64,000 nucleotides of DNA, taken from an uncultured Bacteroidaceae bacterium. Lineage in GTDB: Bacteria > Bacteroidota > Bacteroidia > Bacteroidales > GCA-2748055. The notes under the pieces were generated by a model. The model was not told the origin of the DNA and did no database searches. It worked only from the letters and a program-made list of their open reading frames with translations. Position 1 is the first letter of the stretch. The number at the start of each line of letters is the position of its first letter. The stretch lies in the NCBI GenBank assembly GCA_964572225.1, contig CAZNFR010000002.1, positions 2,924 through 66,923 on the forward strand. Reading direction: 5' to 3'. Made by a program: the position numbers and the translations under genes. Shown one piece after another: positions 1 to 8,764 of the stretch.

Positions 1-821
1 TAAACGGAGTTGAAAAAATCAGCATACTGATCCGCATTCATCAGTTCAAATTTCCTTGGTCGGAAATTCACGCCGGTATAAGCTGAAAGTGAAACATCCA
101 GTTTTTCACTGCTACCTCTTTTGGTTGTGATCATAATAACCCCGTTAGCACCATCGGCTCCGTAGATCGCGGTTGCCGAAGCATCTTTCAGAACAGAAAG
201 GGACTCAATATCCTCGGGGGCCACTGAATTCAGACTACCTCCGATAATCCCGTCTATAACCACCAGTGGATCGGGGTCATTGGTGATGGATCCTATTCCC
301 CTGACCCGGATATTATAGTTGCCGCCGGGATCCCCACTTTGCATTACCACCACCCCGGATGCACGTCCCTGAAGGGCTTTAGCAACATTAGGGATGGGTG
401 TCCGGTTAAGCTCTTCCGATGTAACGACACCTACAGCACCGGTTAGGTCTTCCTTTCGAACCGTACCGTAACCAATAACGACTACATCTTCAAGAACCTC
501 GGATGCGACCTGCATTTGAACCGACAATTCGCTCCGTCCTTCAAGAGCAACCGTTTGCGATTCATAACCTATAAATGAAAAAGTCAGCGAGGCTGAAGGG
601 TCACTCACATTAATGCTGAATTCCCCCTGGATACCGGTGATGGTCCCGTTGGTAGTTCCGGTCTCAATAACATTGACCCCGGGCATGGGAGCCCCGTTTT
701 CATCCATTATTTTTCCGGTAATTTCCTGGCCAAATCCGCTTATGAAAGTAAAGCCTGATAGGATAGCCGCAAAGAAGAGGATCATTATGCGGTTCCTTCC
801 TGGTTGATTGGATCTTAACAT
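1..821 (-). CDS. SusC/RagA-family TonB-dependent outer-membrane receptor, N-terminal part (the gene continues beyond the left edge of the window)
   Basis: Absent from the ORF track because it has no stop in the window. Minus-strand translation from the ATG at about 821 reads MLRSNQPGRNRIMILFFAAILSGFTFISGFGQEITGKIMDENGAPMPGVNVIETGTTNGTITGIQGEF...EDVVVIGYGTVRKEDLTGAVGVV...VVIDGIIGG...LKDASATAIYGADGANGVIMITTKRG. This gives a signal peptide, a CarboxypepD_reg-like domain, then the TonB-box/plug region typical of SusC-type receptors. Confidence 0.85.
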   Translation of the reverse strand, partial: MLRSNQPGRNRIMILFFAAILSGFTFISGFGQEITGKIMDENGAPMPGVNVIETGTTNGTITGIQGEFSINVSDPSASLTFSFIGYESQTVALEGRSELSVQMQVASEVLEDVVVIGYGTVRKEDLTGAVGVVTSEELNRTPIPNVAKALQGRASGVVVMQSGDPGGNYNIRVRGIGSITNDPDPLVVIDGIIGGSLNSVAPEDIESLSVLKDASATAIYGADGANGVIMITTKRGSSEKLDVSLSAYTGVNFRPRKFELMNADQYADFFNSV

Positions 822-1002
822 GATTAGAAATTTAGTTAGTAGTTCTACATTGATTTCAATGGGTGAAAATACATAAATTGCTCAAATTTGGAAAGAACTG
901 GGGTCATATTCCCTTTTTTTCCATTATCAGGTAAGAAAAAAAAATCGTTCAACTTTTTTATCCGGTTGCTGTTTAGAATTTCAGAAATAATCCTCCAACT
1001 TA

Positions 1003-2685
1003 ATGAAAAGATCCATTAACCCTTACAGCAAAAAAATTACTCAGGATGACAGTCTGCCGGCAGCACGGGCCATGCTTCATGCCACTGGAATGAAAAAAAG
1101 TGATTTTTCAAGGGCCCAGATAGGAATTGTCAGTACCGGCTTTGACGGAAATCCCTGCAACATGCATTTAAATGGTTTTGCAGAGAAAATTAAGGGTTCC
1201 GTGAATTCCCACCCCGAATTATACGGTCTTGTTTTTCATACTATAGGAGTGAGTGACGGTATAAGTAACGGAACCTCAGGAATGCGGTATTCCCTTCCGT
1301 CCCGCGAGATTATTGCCGATTCCATAGAAACGGTGGCCCAGGCTCAGTTTTACGATGCCCTTATACCTGTGGTAGGTTGTGATAAAAATATGCCGGGGGC
1401 CATGATCGCCCTGGGAAGGCTCAACCGGCCTTCCATTCTGGTTTATGGCGGAACTGTTAAAAAAGGGAGTTGGAAAGGAAAAGACCTGAATATTGTGTCC
1501 GCTTTTGAAGCCTATGGGGAAAAATTGAAAGGAACCATTGCTGCTGTCGACTACGAGGGGATCATTGAAAACAGTATTCCGGGTGCGGGAGCTTGTGGGG
1601 GTATGTATACCGCAAATACCATGGCGGCAGCCATTGAATGCATGGGAATGAGCCTGCCCTATTCTTCTTCCTCCCCTGCCCTCAGCCCTGAAAAAGAAAA
1701 TGAACTCTCCCTTTTGGGTCCGGCCATCCATAATCTTTTAAAAGAAGATATACGACCCCGGGATATTATAACCCGCGAAGCCTTTTTGAACGCGATAAAA
1801 CTGATCATGATACTGGGAGGGTCAACCAACGCGGTCATACATCTGCTGGCCATGGCCAGATCGGTCCGGGTAGCTCTCACCCTGGACGATTTCCAGAGGG
1901 TCAGTGATCAAACTCCTTTCCTCGCGGATCTTAAACCCAGCGGAAAATACCTCATGGAAGACCTGCATTTTGCCGGGGGAATCCCCGCAGTTATGAAATA
2001 TCTCGCTTCGGAAGGAATTCTTGACGACAGCCTGCCAACCATCACCGGAAAAACCCATAAGCAAAACCTAAAGGATCTTCCCGGACTTGAGGAAGGACAG
2101 AGAATTATAATGCCTGTGGAAAAACCTCTTAAGAGTGACGGGCACATCAGAATTCTGAAGGGTAACCTTGCCGAAGAAGGTGCCGTGGCAAAAATAACGG
2201 GCAAGGAGGGAATCCGTTTCTCAGGTCCGGCCCGGATATACGAAGATGAATTTGAGGCTATCCGGGGAATTGAAAATGAAGTAAAAAAGGGAGATGTTAT
2301 TGTCATCCGGAATTGTGGTCCCAAAGGAGCACCCGGCATGCCCGAAATGCTTAAACCTACCGGAGCCATTGTGGGTGCGGGACTGGGAAAAGAGGTTGCT
2401 CTTATTACCGATGGGAGATTTTCGGGAGGTTCTCATGGTTTTGTAGTGGGACATATCAGTCCGGAGGCGTATAGCGGCGGACTCCTGGCGTGGATACAAA
2501 ACGGGGATATCATCCATATCGATGCCGAAAAAAATTCCCTAAAGGTTGACCTGGATGAAACAGAAATTGCAAAGAGAAAGCTTAACTCCGTTCTCCCCAA
2601 TCCCAAACCGGCTTCGGGGATGCTCGCCAAGTACAGAAAACTCGCAGGTTCTGCCTCCCAGGGCTGTGTAACCGACGAAGATTAA
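1003..2685 (+). CDS. ilvD: dihydroxy-acid dehydratase
   Basis: 560-aa ORF collinear with IlvD/Edd family proteins ([51 protein letters not shown]). Confidence 0.95.
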   Translation: MKRSINPYSKKITQDDSLPAARAMLHATGMKKSDFSRAQIGIVSTGFDGNPCNMHLNGFAEKIKGSVNSHPELYGLVFHTIGVSDGISNGTSGMRYSLPSREIIADSIETVAQAQFYDALIPVVGCDKNMPGAMIALGRLNRPSILVYGGTVKKGSWKGKDLNIVSAFEAYGEKLKGTIAAVDYEGIIENSIPGAGACGGMYTANTMAAAIECMGMSLPYSSSSPALSPEKENELSLLGPAIHNLLKEDIRPRDIITREAFLNAIKLIMILGGSTNAVIHLLAMARSVRVALTLDDFQRVSDQTPFLADLKPSGKYLMEDLHFAGGIPAVMKYLASEGILDDSLPTITGKTHKQNLKDLPGLEEGQRIIMPVEKPLKSDGHIRILKGNLAEEGAVAKITGKEGIRFSGPARIYEDEFEAIRGIENEVKKGDVIVIRNCGPKGAPGMPEMLKPTGAIVGAGLGKEVALITDGRFSGGSHGFVVGHISPEAYSGGLLAWIQNGDIIHIDAEKNSLKVDLDETEIAKRKLNSVLPNPKPASGMLAKYRKLAGSASQGCVTDED

Positions 2686-2765
2686 TCTTAATGATAATTT
2701 AAAGCCAGCGAAAATCTTTTGTTAAAAGGAAAGAATATTTTTACCTAAAAAATAAAGAAAATATC

Positions 2766-4340
2766 ATGTTTAAATCAATTATTCCCCTAGGCCTTCTTTT
2801 GATTTTTGGAGGCAGCGTTTTCTCCCAGGATCTGGTGACCGGTACTGTATTCGAGGACAAGAATGGCGATGGTATTCAAAATACGGGAGAACCCGGTATA
2901 CCAAAGGTCTCGGTGTCCAACGGGGAGACTGTGGTAATAACCGGAAAAAATGGGAAATACAATATTCCGCTTGGAGAGGAAGGAAATATTTTTGTGATAA
3001 AACCCTCCGATTACCAATATCCGGTGAATGAAGACCAACTCGTTAGTTTTTATTACCTGCATCGACCTCTTGGCTCCCCTGATCTTGAGTTTTCGGGATT
3101 AACCCCAACCGGCAGCTTACCGGAGGCGGTGAATTTTCCACTTATCAAAAAGGAAAGTCAGGAAGATTTCAGCATCCTCGTATTTTCAGATCCTCAACCC
3201 TACTCCATCCGTGAAGTTGGATACTATGAAGACGACATTGTAGAGGATGTAAAAAGAACCGAACAGTATTCCTTTGGAATTACCCTGGGGGATAATGTCG
3301 GTGATAACCTTGATCTGTTCTATCCTCTGGTGAATGCCACGAAAAGCCTGAGTCTTCCCTGGTATTATGTACTTGGCAACCATGATATGAATTTTGATGC
3401 AAAGGTCCGTGAGCATTCCGACGAAACTTACGAAAGCCGGTTCGGTCCGTCTACGTATGCATTTAATGAAGGTAAGGTCCATTTCATAATCCTAAATGAT
3501 GTCATTTTTCCAAACACATACAATGATCGTTTTTATGTAGGCGGACTGAGCGAGAGGCAGTTTACTTTTATTGAAAATGATCTGAAAAACGTACCTGAAG
3601 ATTTCCTGGTGGTACTATGCATGCACATTCCCCTTTTCAATGAGGAAGGATGGGGTGAAACATTCAGAAATGCTGACCGCGAGAGACTTTTTAAAATCCT
3701 TTCTCCTTTCAGGTATACCTTATCCCTCTCCGGGCATACACATATACAAAAGCATTATTTCTTTACCGAAAAGGATGGCTGGTTACAGGATAAGCCTCAT
3801 CACCATTACAATGTGGGAACTGCTTCGGGCGACTGGTGGTCGGGCAGGCTTGATGTGAACGGCATTCCCTATTCTACCATGAGAGACGGAACCCCTAATG
3901 GGTATAATGTTCTGAAATTCGAGGGAAACTCATATGCATATGAATATTTTGTTGCCGGCAATCCGACTGAGAAAATGCGAATCTATGGACCCAAAACCCT
4001 ACCCGAAGGAAAATACTCAAGAGCCTCCTTTTATGTGAACTTTTATCAGGGAAGCGACAACGATTCGGTGTTTTACAGGATAAATCAGGGCGAGTGGAAA
4101 AAAATGTCCTACGTAGTTGAACCGGATCCTTATTTTTCAGGAATCCGCTACGAATGGGACAGTTCCGAAGAACTTCTGCACGGAACCAGACCCTCTAATC
4201 CCATTAATTCCTACCACTTATGGAGAGCCCGTTCTCCCTATGGTTTACAGGCAGGTTCTCATACCATGGAAATAAAGGTGGTGGATCAATTTGGCAGGGA
4301 ATACAGGGATCAAAGGGAATTTAAGGTAGTAAAAGAATAG
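2766..4340 (+). CDS. secreted calcineurin-like metallophosphoesterase with an N-terminal SdrD-B/CarboxypepD_reg-like beta-sandwich
   Basis: Signal peptide (MFKSIIPLGLLLIFGGSVFSQ), then GTVFEDKNGDGIQNTGEPGI, then metallophosphoesterase motifs (SDPQ, GDNVGD, GNHD, MHIPL, GHTH). Confidence 0.8.
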   Translation: MFKSIIPLGLLLIFGGSVFSQDLVTGTVFEDKNGDGIQNTGEPGIPKVSVSNGETVVITGKNGKYNIPLGEEGNIFVIKPSDYQYPVNEDQLVSFYYLHRPLGSPDLEFSGLTPTGSLPEAVNFPLIKKESQEDFSILVFSDPQPYSIREVGYYEDDIVEDVKRTEQYSFGITLGDNVGDNLDLFYPLVNATKSLSLPWYYVLGNHDMNFDAKVREHSDETYESRFGPSTYAFNEGKVHFIILNDVIFPNTYNDRFYVGGLSERQFTFIENDLKNVPEDFLVVLCMHIPLFNEEGWGETFRNADRERLFKILSPFRYTLSLSGHTHIQKHYFFTEKDGWLQDKPHHHYNVGTASGDWWSGRLDVNGIPYSTMRDGTPNGYNVLKFEGNSYAYEYFVAGNPTEKMRIYGPKTLPEGKYSRASFYVNFYQGSDNDSVFYRINQGEWKKMSYVVEPDPYFSGIRYEWDSSEELLHGTRPSNPINSYHLWRARSPYGLQAGSHTMEIKVVDQFGREYRDQREFKVVKE

Positions 4341-4365
4341 CAGGATTCCCGGGTTCCTGTGGTAA

Positions 4366-4575
4366 AATAACCTGAGTTTTCTGAATTCTAAAGGGATTGT
4401 GAAATTTACTTTCAAGTCAATTTCTTTTCAATAGCCATTATCTAAGGGAACTTTAACAGGTTTCCGCTGAAAGACTGTCTATCTCAATCGCTTTGTGCAG
4501 GCAGAATCTAAAATTACCCGTTTAGTTGATGGATCCGGACTCGGTCTTTCGATAGCTAAGAATTTCAGTCGTTTG
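4366..4575 (+). pseudogene. decayed 3' fragment of a sensor histidine kinase (HATPase_c relic with two in-frame stops)
   Basis: A single frame reads NNLSFLNSKGIVKFTFKSISFQ*PLSKGTLTGFR*KTVYLNRFVQAESKITRLVDGSGLGLSIAKNFSRLPG. The N-box-like (NNL..N..KFT), F-box-like (NRFVQ) and G2-box (GSGLGLSIAK) elements are in the correct order. The intact kinase at 26006..27613 reads LNNLLNNAIKFT...IFDRFRQ...GGNGLGLAISKAF. There is no upstream HisKA because the preceding gene ends at 4340. Confidence 0.45.
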
Positions 4576-5692
4576 CCTGGTTATTGGCCCATTCTTTATC
4601 AGCTGTTCTGGGAAAATCAAGCACTTCCCCGGTTTCCGGCATTCTGCTCAGGGCCCCCAAAACAATCTCTTTCGCCTGCTCAACCTGGGTTGCTTCCATT
4701 AATTTGGCTCTCAAACTGCCCGCACTTTCAAATGAGCTGACATAAATTTTAAAAAACCTTTTCAGGATAGCGAAGTTTTTCCTTCCCTCCCACTCTTCCT
4801 GAAAGCGCTGAAGATGATAAAGAAGCAATTCCAGTTTCCTTTTTTCAACTGCCATTCCCGAATTGCTGAAAAAGAAGGGATCCCGGAAAATTCCCCGCCC
4901 GATCATCAATCCGTCCACACCCGACGATCTTCCCCGTTCAATTCCGTCTGAATACGACTCAATATCAGCGTTACCTGTAATCAGGCATTGGGGAGAAGCC
5001 TGATCTCGAACAAGTACTGCTTTTCGGATCTCGTTCCAGTCTGCCTCCCCTTGGGATTGCATTTTTTGCGTCCGACCATGAACGGTAATATTGGAAGGGA
5101 CTGCTTTCAGGAGACTTTCGATCCAGGTTTCGGTAACGACAGAATTAAAACCGATCCGGGTTTTTACACTCACCGGCACTTTTCCACCCTCCCGGGTGGC
5201 ATGGATTAATTCTTTTGCCAATTCCGGATGGTTAATGAGAGCGCTACAGGCATTCTTCCGGATGATCTTTTTGACCGGACACCCCATATTGATATCAAAT
5301 CCGTCGAAAACAAAGCTGTCTGAAATTTCCCTGGCGGCCCGGTAAAATTTTTCTGGATCAGATCCCCAAATCTGCAATACCAACCCTACCTTTTTCTCCC
5401 TTAGAAAAGCCTGTTCACGGTATGAAGAATAGAGCCTGTGTACAACCTGATCCCTGCCCTGTTTGTCAAGGAAGCCATCAACATTAATGAATTCTGAAAA
5501 TACCAGGTGTAGCTGGTCAGGAGCAGATGTCCTGAGGATCACTTCCCTAAAAACGGTATCGGTTACCTCCTCCATGGGGGCAAGTGCGAAAAATCCTTTA
5601 GGTAACCCTAACCAGAAATTCTTTTCCGGTAGATTCTTCTCCACCGATCCTCTGTTCAGCTCTTCCCGGAGATCACAATTGTGCAGTGGCAT
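4565..5692 (-). CDS. tRNA-dihydrouridine synthase family protein
   Basis: FALAPMEEVTDTVFR, FDGFDINMGCPVKKI and KTRIG motifs of the Dus FMN TIM-barrel family. 375 aa. Confidence 0.85.
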   Translation of the reverse strand: MPLHNCDLREELNRGSVEKNLPEKNFWLGLPKGFFALAPMEEVTDTVFREVILRTSAPDQLHLVFSEFINVDGFLDKQGRDQVVHRLYSSYREQAFLREKKVGLVLQIWGSDPEKFYRAAREISDSFVFDGFDINMGCPVKKIIRKNACSALINHPELAKELIHATREGGKVPVSVKTRIGFNSVVTETWIESLLKAVPSNITVHGRTQKMQSQGEADWNEIRKAVLVRDQASPQCLITGNADIESYSDGIERGRSSGVDGLMIGRGIFRDPFFFSNSGMAVEKRKLELLLYHLQRFQEEWEGRKNFAILKRFFKIYVSSFESAGSLRAKLMEATQVEQAKEIVLGALSRMPETGEVLDFPRTADKEWANNQAND

Positions 5693-5766
5693 CTTTGTTC
5701 TTTATTTCCTGCACAAAAGTACTTCAATCCAATTTAATATAAAAACATCTTTATTTCCTTATAGAA

Positions 5767-6195
5767 TTATTTAGCTATATCGTTTACATCCTTACGATAG
5801 CGCAGGTAATTCCCGTCAGGTATCTCGGTCAGTCCGCCGATATCCTTGTTATACAGGTATATCCAGCATTTCTCTTGGGTCCCGTTGTTTGTTACAATCA
5901 GTTTTTGTTTTCTTACAAACAAACTATTATCCTCATCTTTGGGATCATATCCTTCATATTCGTCCAAAACGGAAAATATATTCTGCTTATCGTTAATTTT
6001 GTGGATAAACCCCATCACTCTTGAATCCGGTGATTTGTCCGGCACTGCACCGGGATAGTCATCAATCAGGTATAATTTACCCTTAAACCAACCCGCTCCG
6101 ACCGGTTGGGTAAATTCTTTTATCAACTCAGAAACAGGATTGAATTTTTTGGAAAGAAGGGTCCCGTAAAGGAAAATCAGCTCATCCATATTCAC
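5767..6195 (-). CDS. gamma-glutamylcyclotransferase (AIG2/GGACT-like) family protein
   Basis: 142 aa. N-terminal LFLYGTLL motif and the size and shape of the GGCT-like fold family. Confidence 0.65.
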   Translation of the reverse strand: MNMDELIFLYGTLLSKKFNPVSELIKEFTQPVGAGWFKGKLYLIDDYPGAVPDKSPDSRVMGFIHKINDKQNIFSVLDEYEGYDPKDEDNSLFVRKQKLIVTNNGTQEKCWIYLYNKDIGGLTEIPDGNYLRYRKDVNDIAK

Positions 6196-6254
6196 TATTT
6201 AAACATCTGTTTTATAAAGTTTTAGTATTGATCAATTAAATAATAGTTTTATTT

Positions 6255-8723
6255 CTATTTATATTCCAGCCATGTCGTAGCCTTGGTTTTTTTGTCGGAA
6301 ATAAACCGGATCCAGCGGGCTTCGAAGCTATCGGGAAATTCAAAGATATTTTCATTTCCTGGTTCTACCCGGATTTTTTGGTATTCGATCCAGGGTCCGT
6401 GGCCACTGACATCAGCTTCAATGGTAAAATTGACTATTTCATTGGAATTATGGGATATAATCAGTCTCCTCTGGTCATAAAAACCGATAAGATAAGGATC
6501 TGACGGGACCCCGGGGTTAACCGGGGTCTCATACCATGGGCCGCCCCTTCCTGTGGGCTTGCCCATTTTCCATAAATCATCGATACTACCTGCCCAGACA
6601 GCGATATTTTTATCTTCGGAGGAAAAAATATGGGGATTATCCTCTGTGAATTGCGGATCCACTCCGGTCATTATCAGCAATCCCCTGAATCCGGCAAAAT
6701 CTGTGATCCTGAAATTGTGTGAACTTACCGGTCTGATTTTTGCGAATCCATCGGCATTTTCTGCCGGGAGTTCGTAAAAAGTTCCATGACAATTCATAAG
6801 GTCCCGCTCGGTAGAGACCTCTCGTGCAATCCTCATTTTTGCTTTAAGGGTCGGACTTGAAAAGGCGGTATCTCCCAGGGGAAGTCTCCAACGTCTTCCC
6901 AGGTCATCCATAATAAGCACTGAGGATGAATCAATAGTAAGGGCATTTTCAGGTATGGCAAAATGTTGACTGATATAATTCCACATGGCCGTATCTTCTT
7001 TCCTGACTAATTCCATATCCCCGTTGAGTTCATAATACATCTTTTCCCGGGGGTCGCATGAATTTTTATCTACACAGGCGATCCCCATAGATTTACGGTC
7101 ATCAGGAAGGGCATACAGGATCCCTGATTTATGTGGTTTTCGGTCAATTTTGGAGATTCCATGAAAAATTTCGTCCGGTATCTTATCTCTCGAATCGGGT
7201 GAAGTACAGGAAAACTGCACGCTACCCGTGAATCTGTGCTTCGTTTTAACACGTATCCATTCCGGATTAAGATCGGGCGGGAGTGCAAAATGAAAATCTT
7301 TTCCCGGTTCAAGAGAGATCTGAAGATAATCCATCCAATCTCCTTTTCCCTCTTCATCAAGTTGAAAAACAAGAGTGGCATTCCTGTCTCCCTGGTTACT
7401 CACCCATACGTTTTTCTCTTCCCATCCGGCCATCAAAAAAGCTTCAGATACGGTTCCCCCTGGCAGTGTTTCGTTTAACCAGACAGCTCCGTTTGCTGTC
7501 ACCGGACCTAAATCATTGATTTCTTCCGGAAACAGCCACCACAAATTGGAGTTTGACTGACCTGCACCATGGATTCCTCCTTTAATGCTTCTCCTATTCA
7601 GAAATTCTTTTTTCGCAGCATCATCACAACCAAAAATAATCTGATCCTTCCAGCGAGCAAAATCCCCGATAACTTTCAAATAGGAAGAAGCCGGACGAAT
7701 ACCCGCAAGGGATCCGGAATCAAAACTTTCGGGGAACCACCAGAACATCCCATGCATGGTCATCAGGAAGGCTGGATTACCGGGTGTGCCTACATCTCTT
7801 ATCCGGGGCCATTCGGTATTCCAACCATGAGCACCGTCATAGCTATGACTTGCTTTGGGTATCCGGTAAAATTCCCAATTCCCTGAAGAAGCACTTCTGA
7901 GCCCCACCAGGGCAGATTTATGGTCCCAGCCTGTGACCCAGATCGGGTCTTTGTCAGGATTCCTGTTTCCATGGATCCCTCCCGGACCTGTAACCTCGAC
8001 GAACTGGGCCCGGCGAATTATTTTCCAGTCCTCGCCATTCCATTCAGCAAGAACCCCCGATTGAACATCAAAACGTTCCATTGCTTCGGCTGAGCTTTCA
8101 CCGTTATTACTGTAAACCAGCACACCCTGACCCGAATACAGTCCTTTTCCATGGGCACCCGGGAGTAACCTACCATAATCCTCAGGTTTCAAATTATGAG
8201 AATCTTCAAACAAAGTTTTTACATCGAGAGAATATACATCCACTTCATAAAAGCCCTCCTCCATGGTTCCAAAATAGATCATACTATCGGGCTTAAACAG
8301 ATGACGGGTGTTCCCGGTAAGTCTACCTGTCATTTCGGAATAAGGGATTACCCTTACATTGCTGCTACTGTCTATCACATATGGCCCAATGATCAGTTGA
8401 TTGCTTTCCCTGTGGATCATGCGGTTTGCGGGAGTTCCCCCAATGCTTTCCGGTCGAATTACCTGCTTGAGATCCGGAGTGATCTCATATAATTTATCCG
8501 AAGACCCCCGGGGTAAGTGGGGACCATAGGTAATAACCCAAAGTCTGTCATTCCAGGGAACCACCGCACCTGTACCGCATTCATCCTCATTATTATACAT
8601 GGCAAGTTGGGGGTAAATCCCGCTGATGCGGATAGGTTCCTCCTTGTGGTTCTCTTCGGAATTGCAGGAACAAAGCAAGCCTGCCATAAGAAGGGATACG
8701 ATTTTGAAAGAGTAAAATTTCAT
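6255..8723 (-). CDS. large lipoprotein of unknown function (822 aa) with an internally duplicated C-terminal-type module
   Basis: Long uninterrupted ORF with a lipobox signal peptide (SLLMAGLLCSCNSEE). It lies 41 nt downstream of the GH78-like gene on the same strand. I recognise no family. Confidence 0.85.
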   Translation of the reverse strand: MKFYSFKIVSLLMAGLLCSCNSEENHKEEPIRISGIYPQLAMYNNEDECGTGAVVPWNDRLWVITYGPHLPRGSSDKLYEITPDLKQVIRPESIGGTPANRMIHRESNQLIIGPYVIDSSSNVRVIPYSEMTGRLTGNTRHLFKPDSMIYFGTMEEGFYEVDVYSLDVKTLFEDSHNLKPEDYGRLLPGAHGKGLYSGQGVLVYSNNGESSAEAMERFDVQSGVLAEWNGEDWKIIRRAQFVEVTGPGGIHGNRNPDKDPIWVTGWDHKSALVGLRSASSGNWEFYRIPKASHSYDGAHGWNTEWPRIRDVGTPGNPAFLMTMHGMFWWFPESFDSGSLAGIRPASSYLKVIGDFARWKDQIIFGCDDAAKKEFLNRRSIKGGIHGAGQSNSNLWWLFPEEINDLGPVTANGAVWLNETLPGGTVSEAFLMAGWEEKNVWVSNQGDRNATLVFQLDEEGKGDWMDYLQISLEPGKDFHFALPPDLNPEWIRVKTKHRFTGSVQFSCTSPDSRDKIPDEIFHGISKIDRKPHKSGILYALPDDRKSMGIACVDKNSCDPREKMYYELNGDMELVRKEDTAMWNYISQHFAIPENALTIDSSSVLIMDDLGRRWRLPLGDTAFSSPTLKAKMRIAREVSTERDLMNCHGTFYELPAENADGFAKIRPVSSHNFRITDFAGFRGLLIMTGVDPQFTEDNPHIFSSEDKNIAVWAGSIDDLWKMGKPTGRGGPWYETPVNPGVPSDPYLIGFYDQRRLIISHNSNEIVNFTIEADVSGHGPWIEYQKIRVEPGNENIFEFPDSFEARWIRFISDKKTKATTWLEYK

Positions 8724-8764
8724 GATTAAAGATTCAGATTATAAGTCATTTACATCTTATGATT

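Noticed and set aside
613-807. 64-aa plus-strand ORF from the track.
   Set aside because: It lies antisense inside the clearly coding SusC-type receptor N-terminus (minus strand) and has a low-complexity Pro/Val-rich translation. It is a shadow ORF.
1276-2630. A series of 65-153-aa minus-strand ORFs inside ilvD. Similar large antisense ORFs occur at 22469-22915, 45852-46343 and 56553-57074.
   Set aside because: All are fully nested antisense to strongly conserved genes and have Arg/Ser/Pro-rich compositions typical of shadow frames. None has a recognisable motif.
4495-4740. 81-aa plus-strand ORF (GTG start) as a real gene.
   Set aside because: Its first roughly 27 codons are the kinase G2-box relic. 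The rest is antisense to the 3' end of the dus gene. It is treated as part of a pseudogene rather than a functional CDS.
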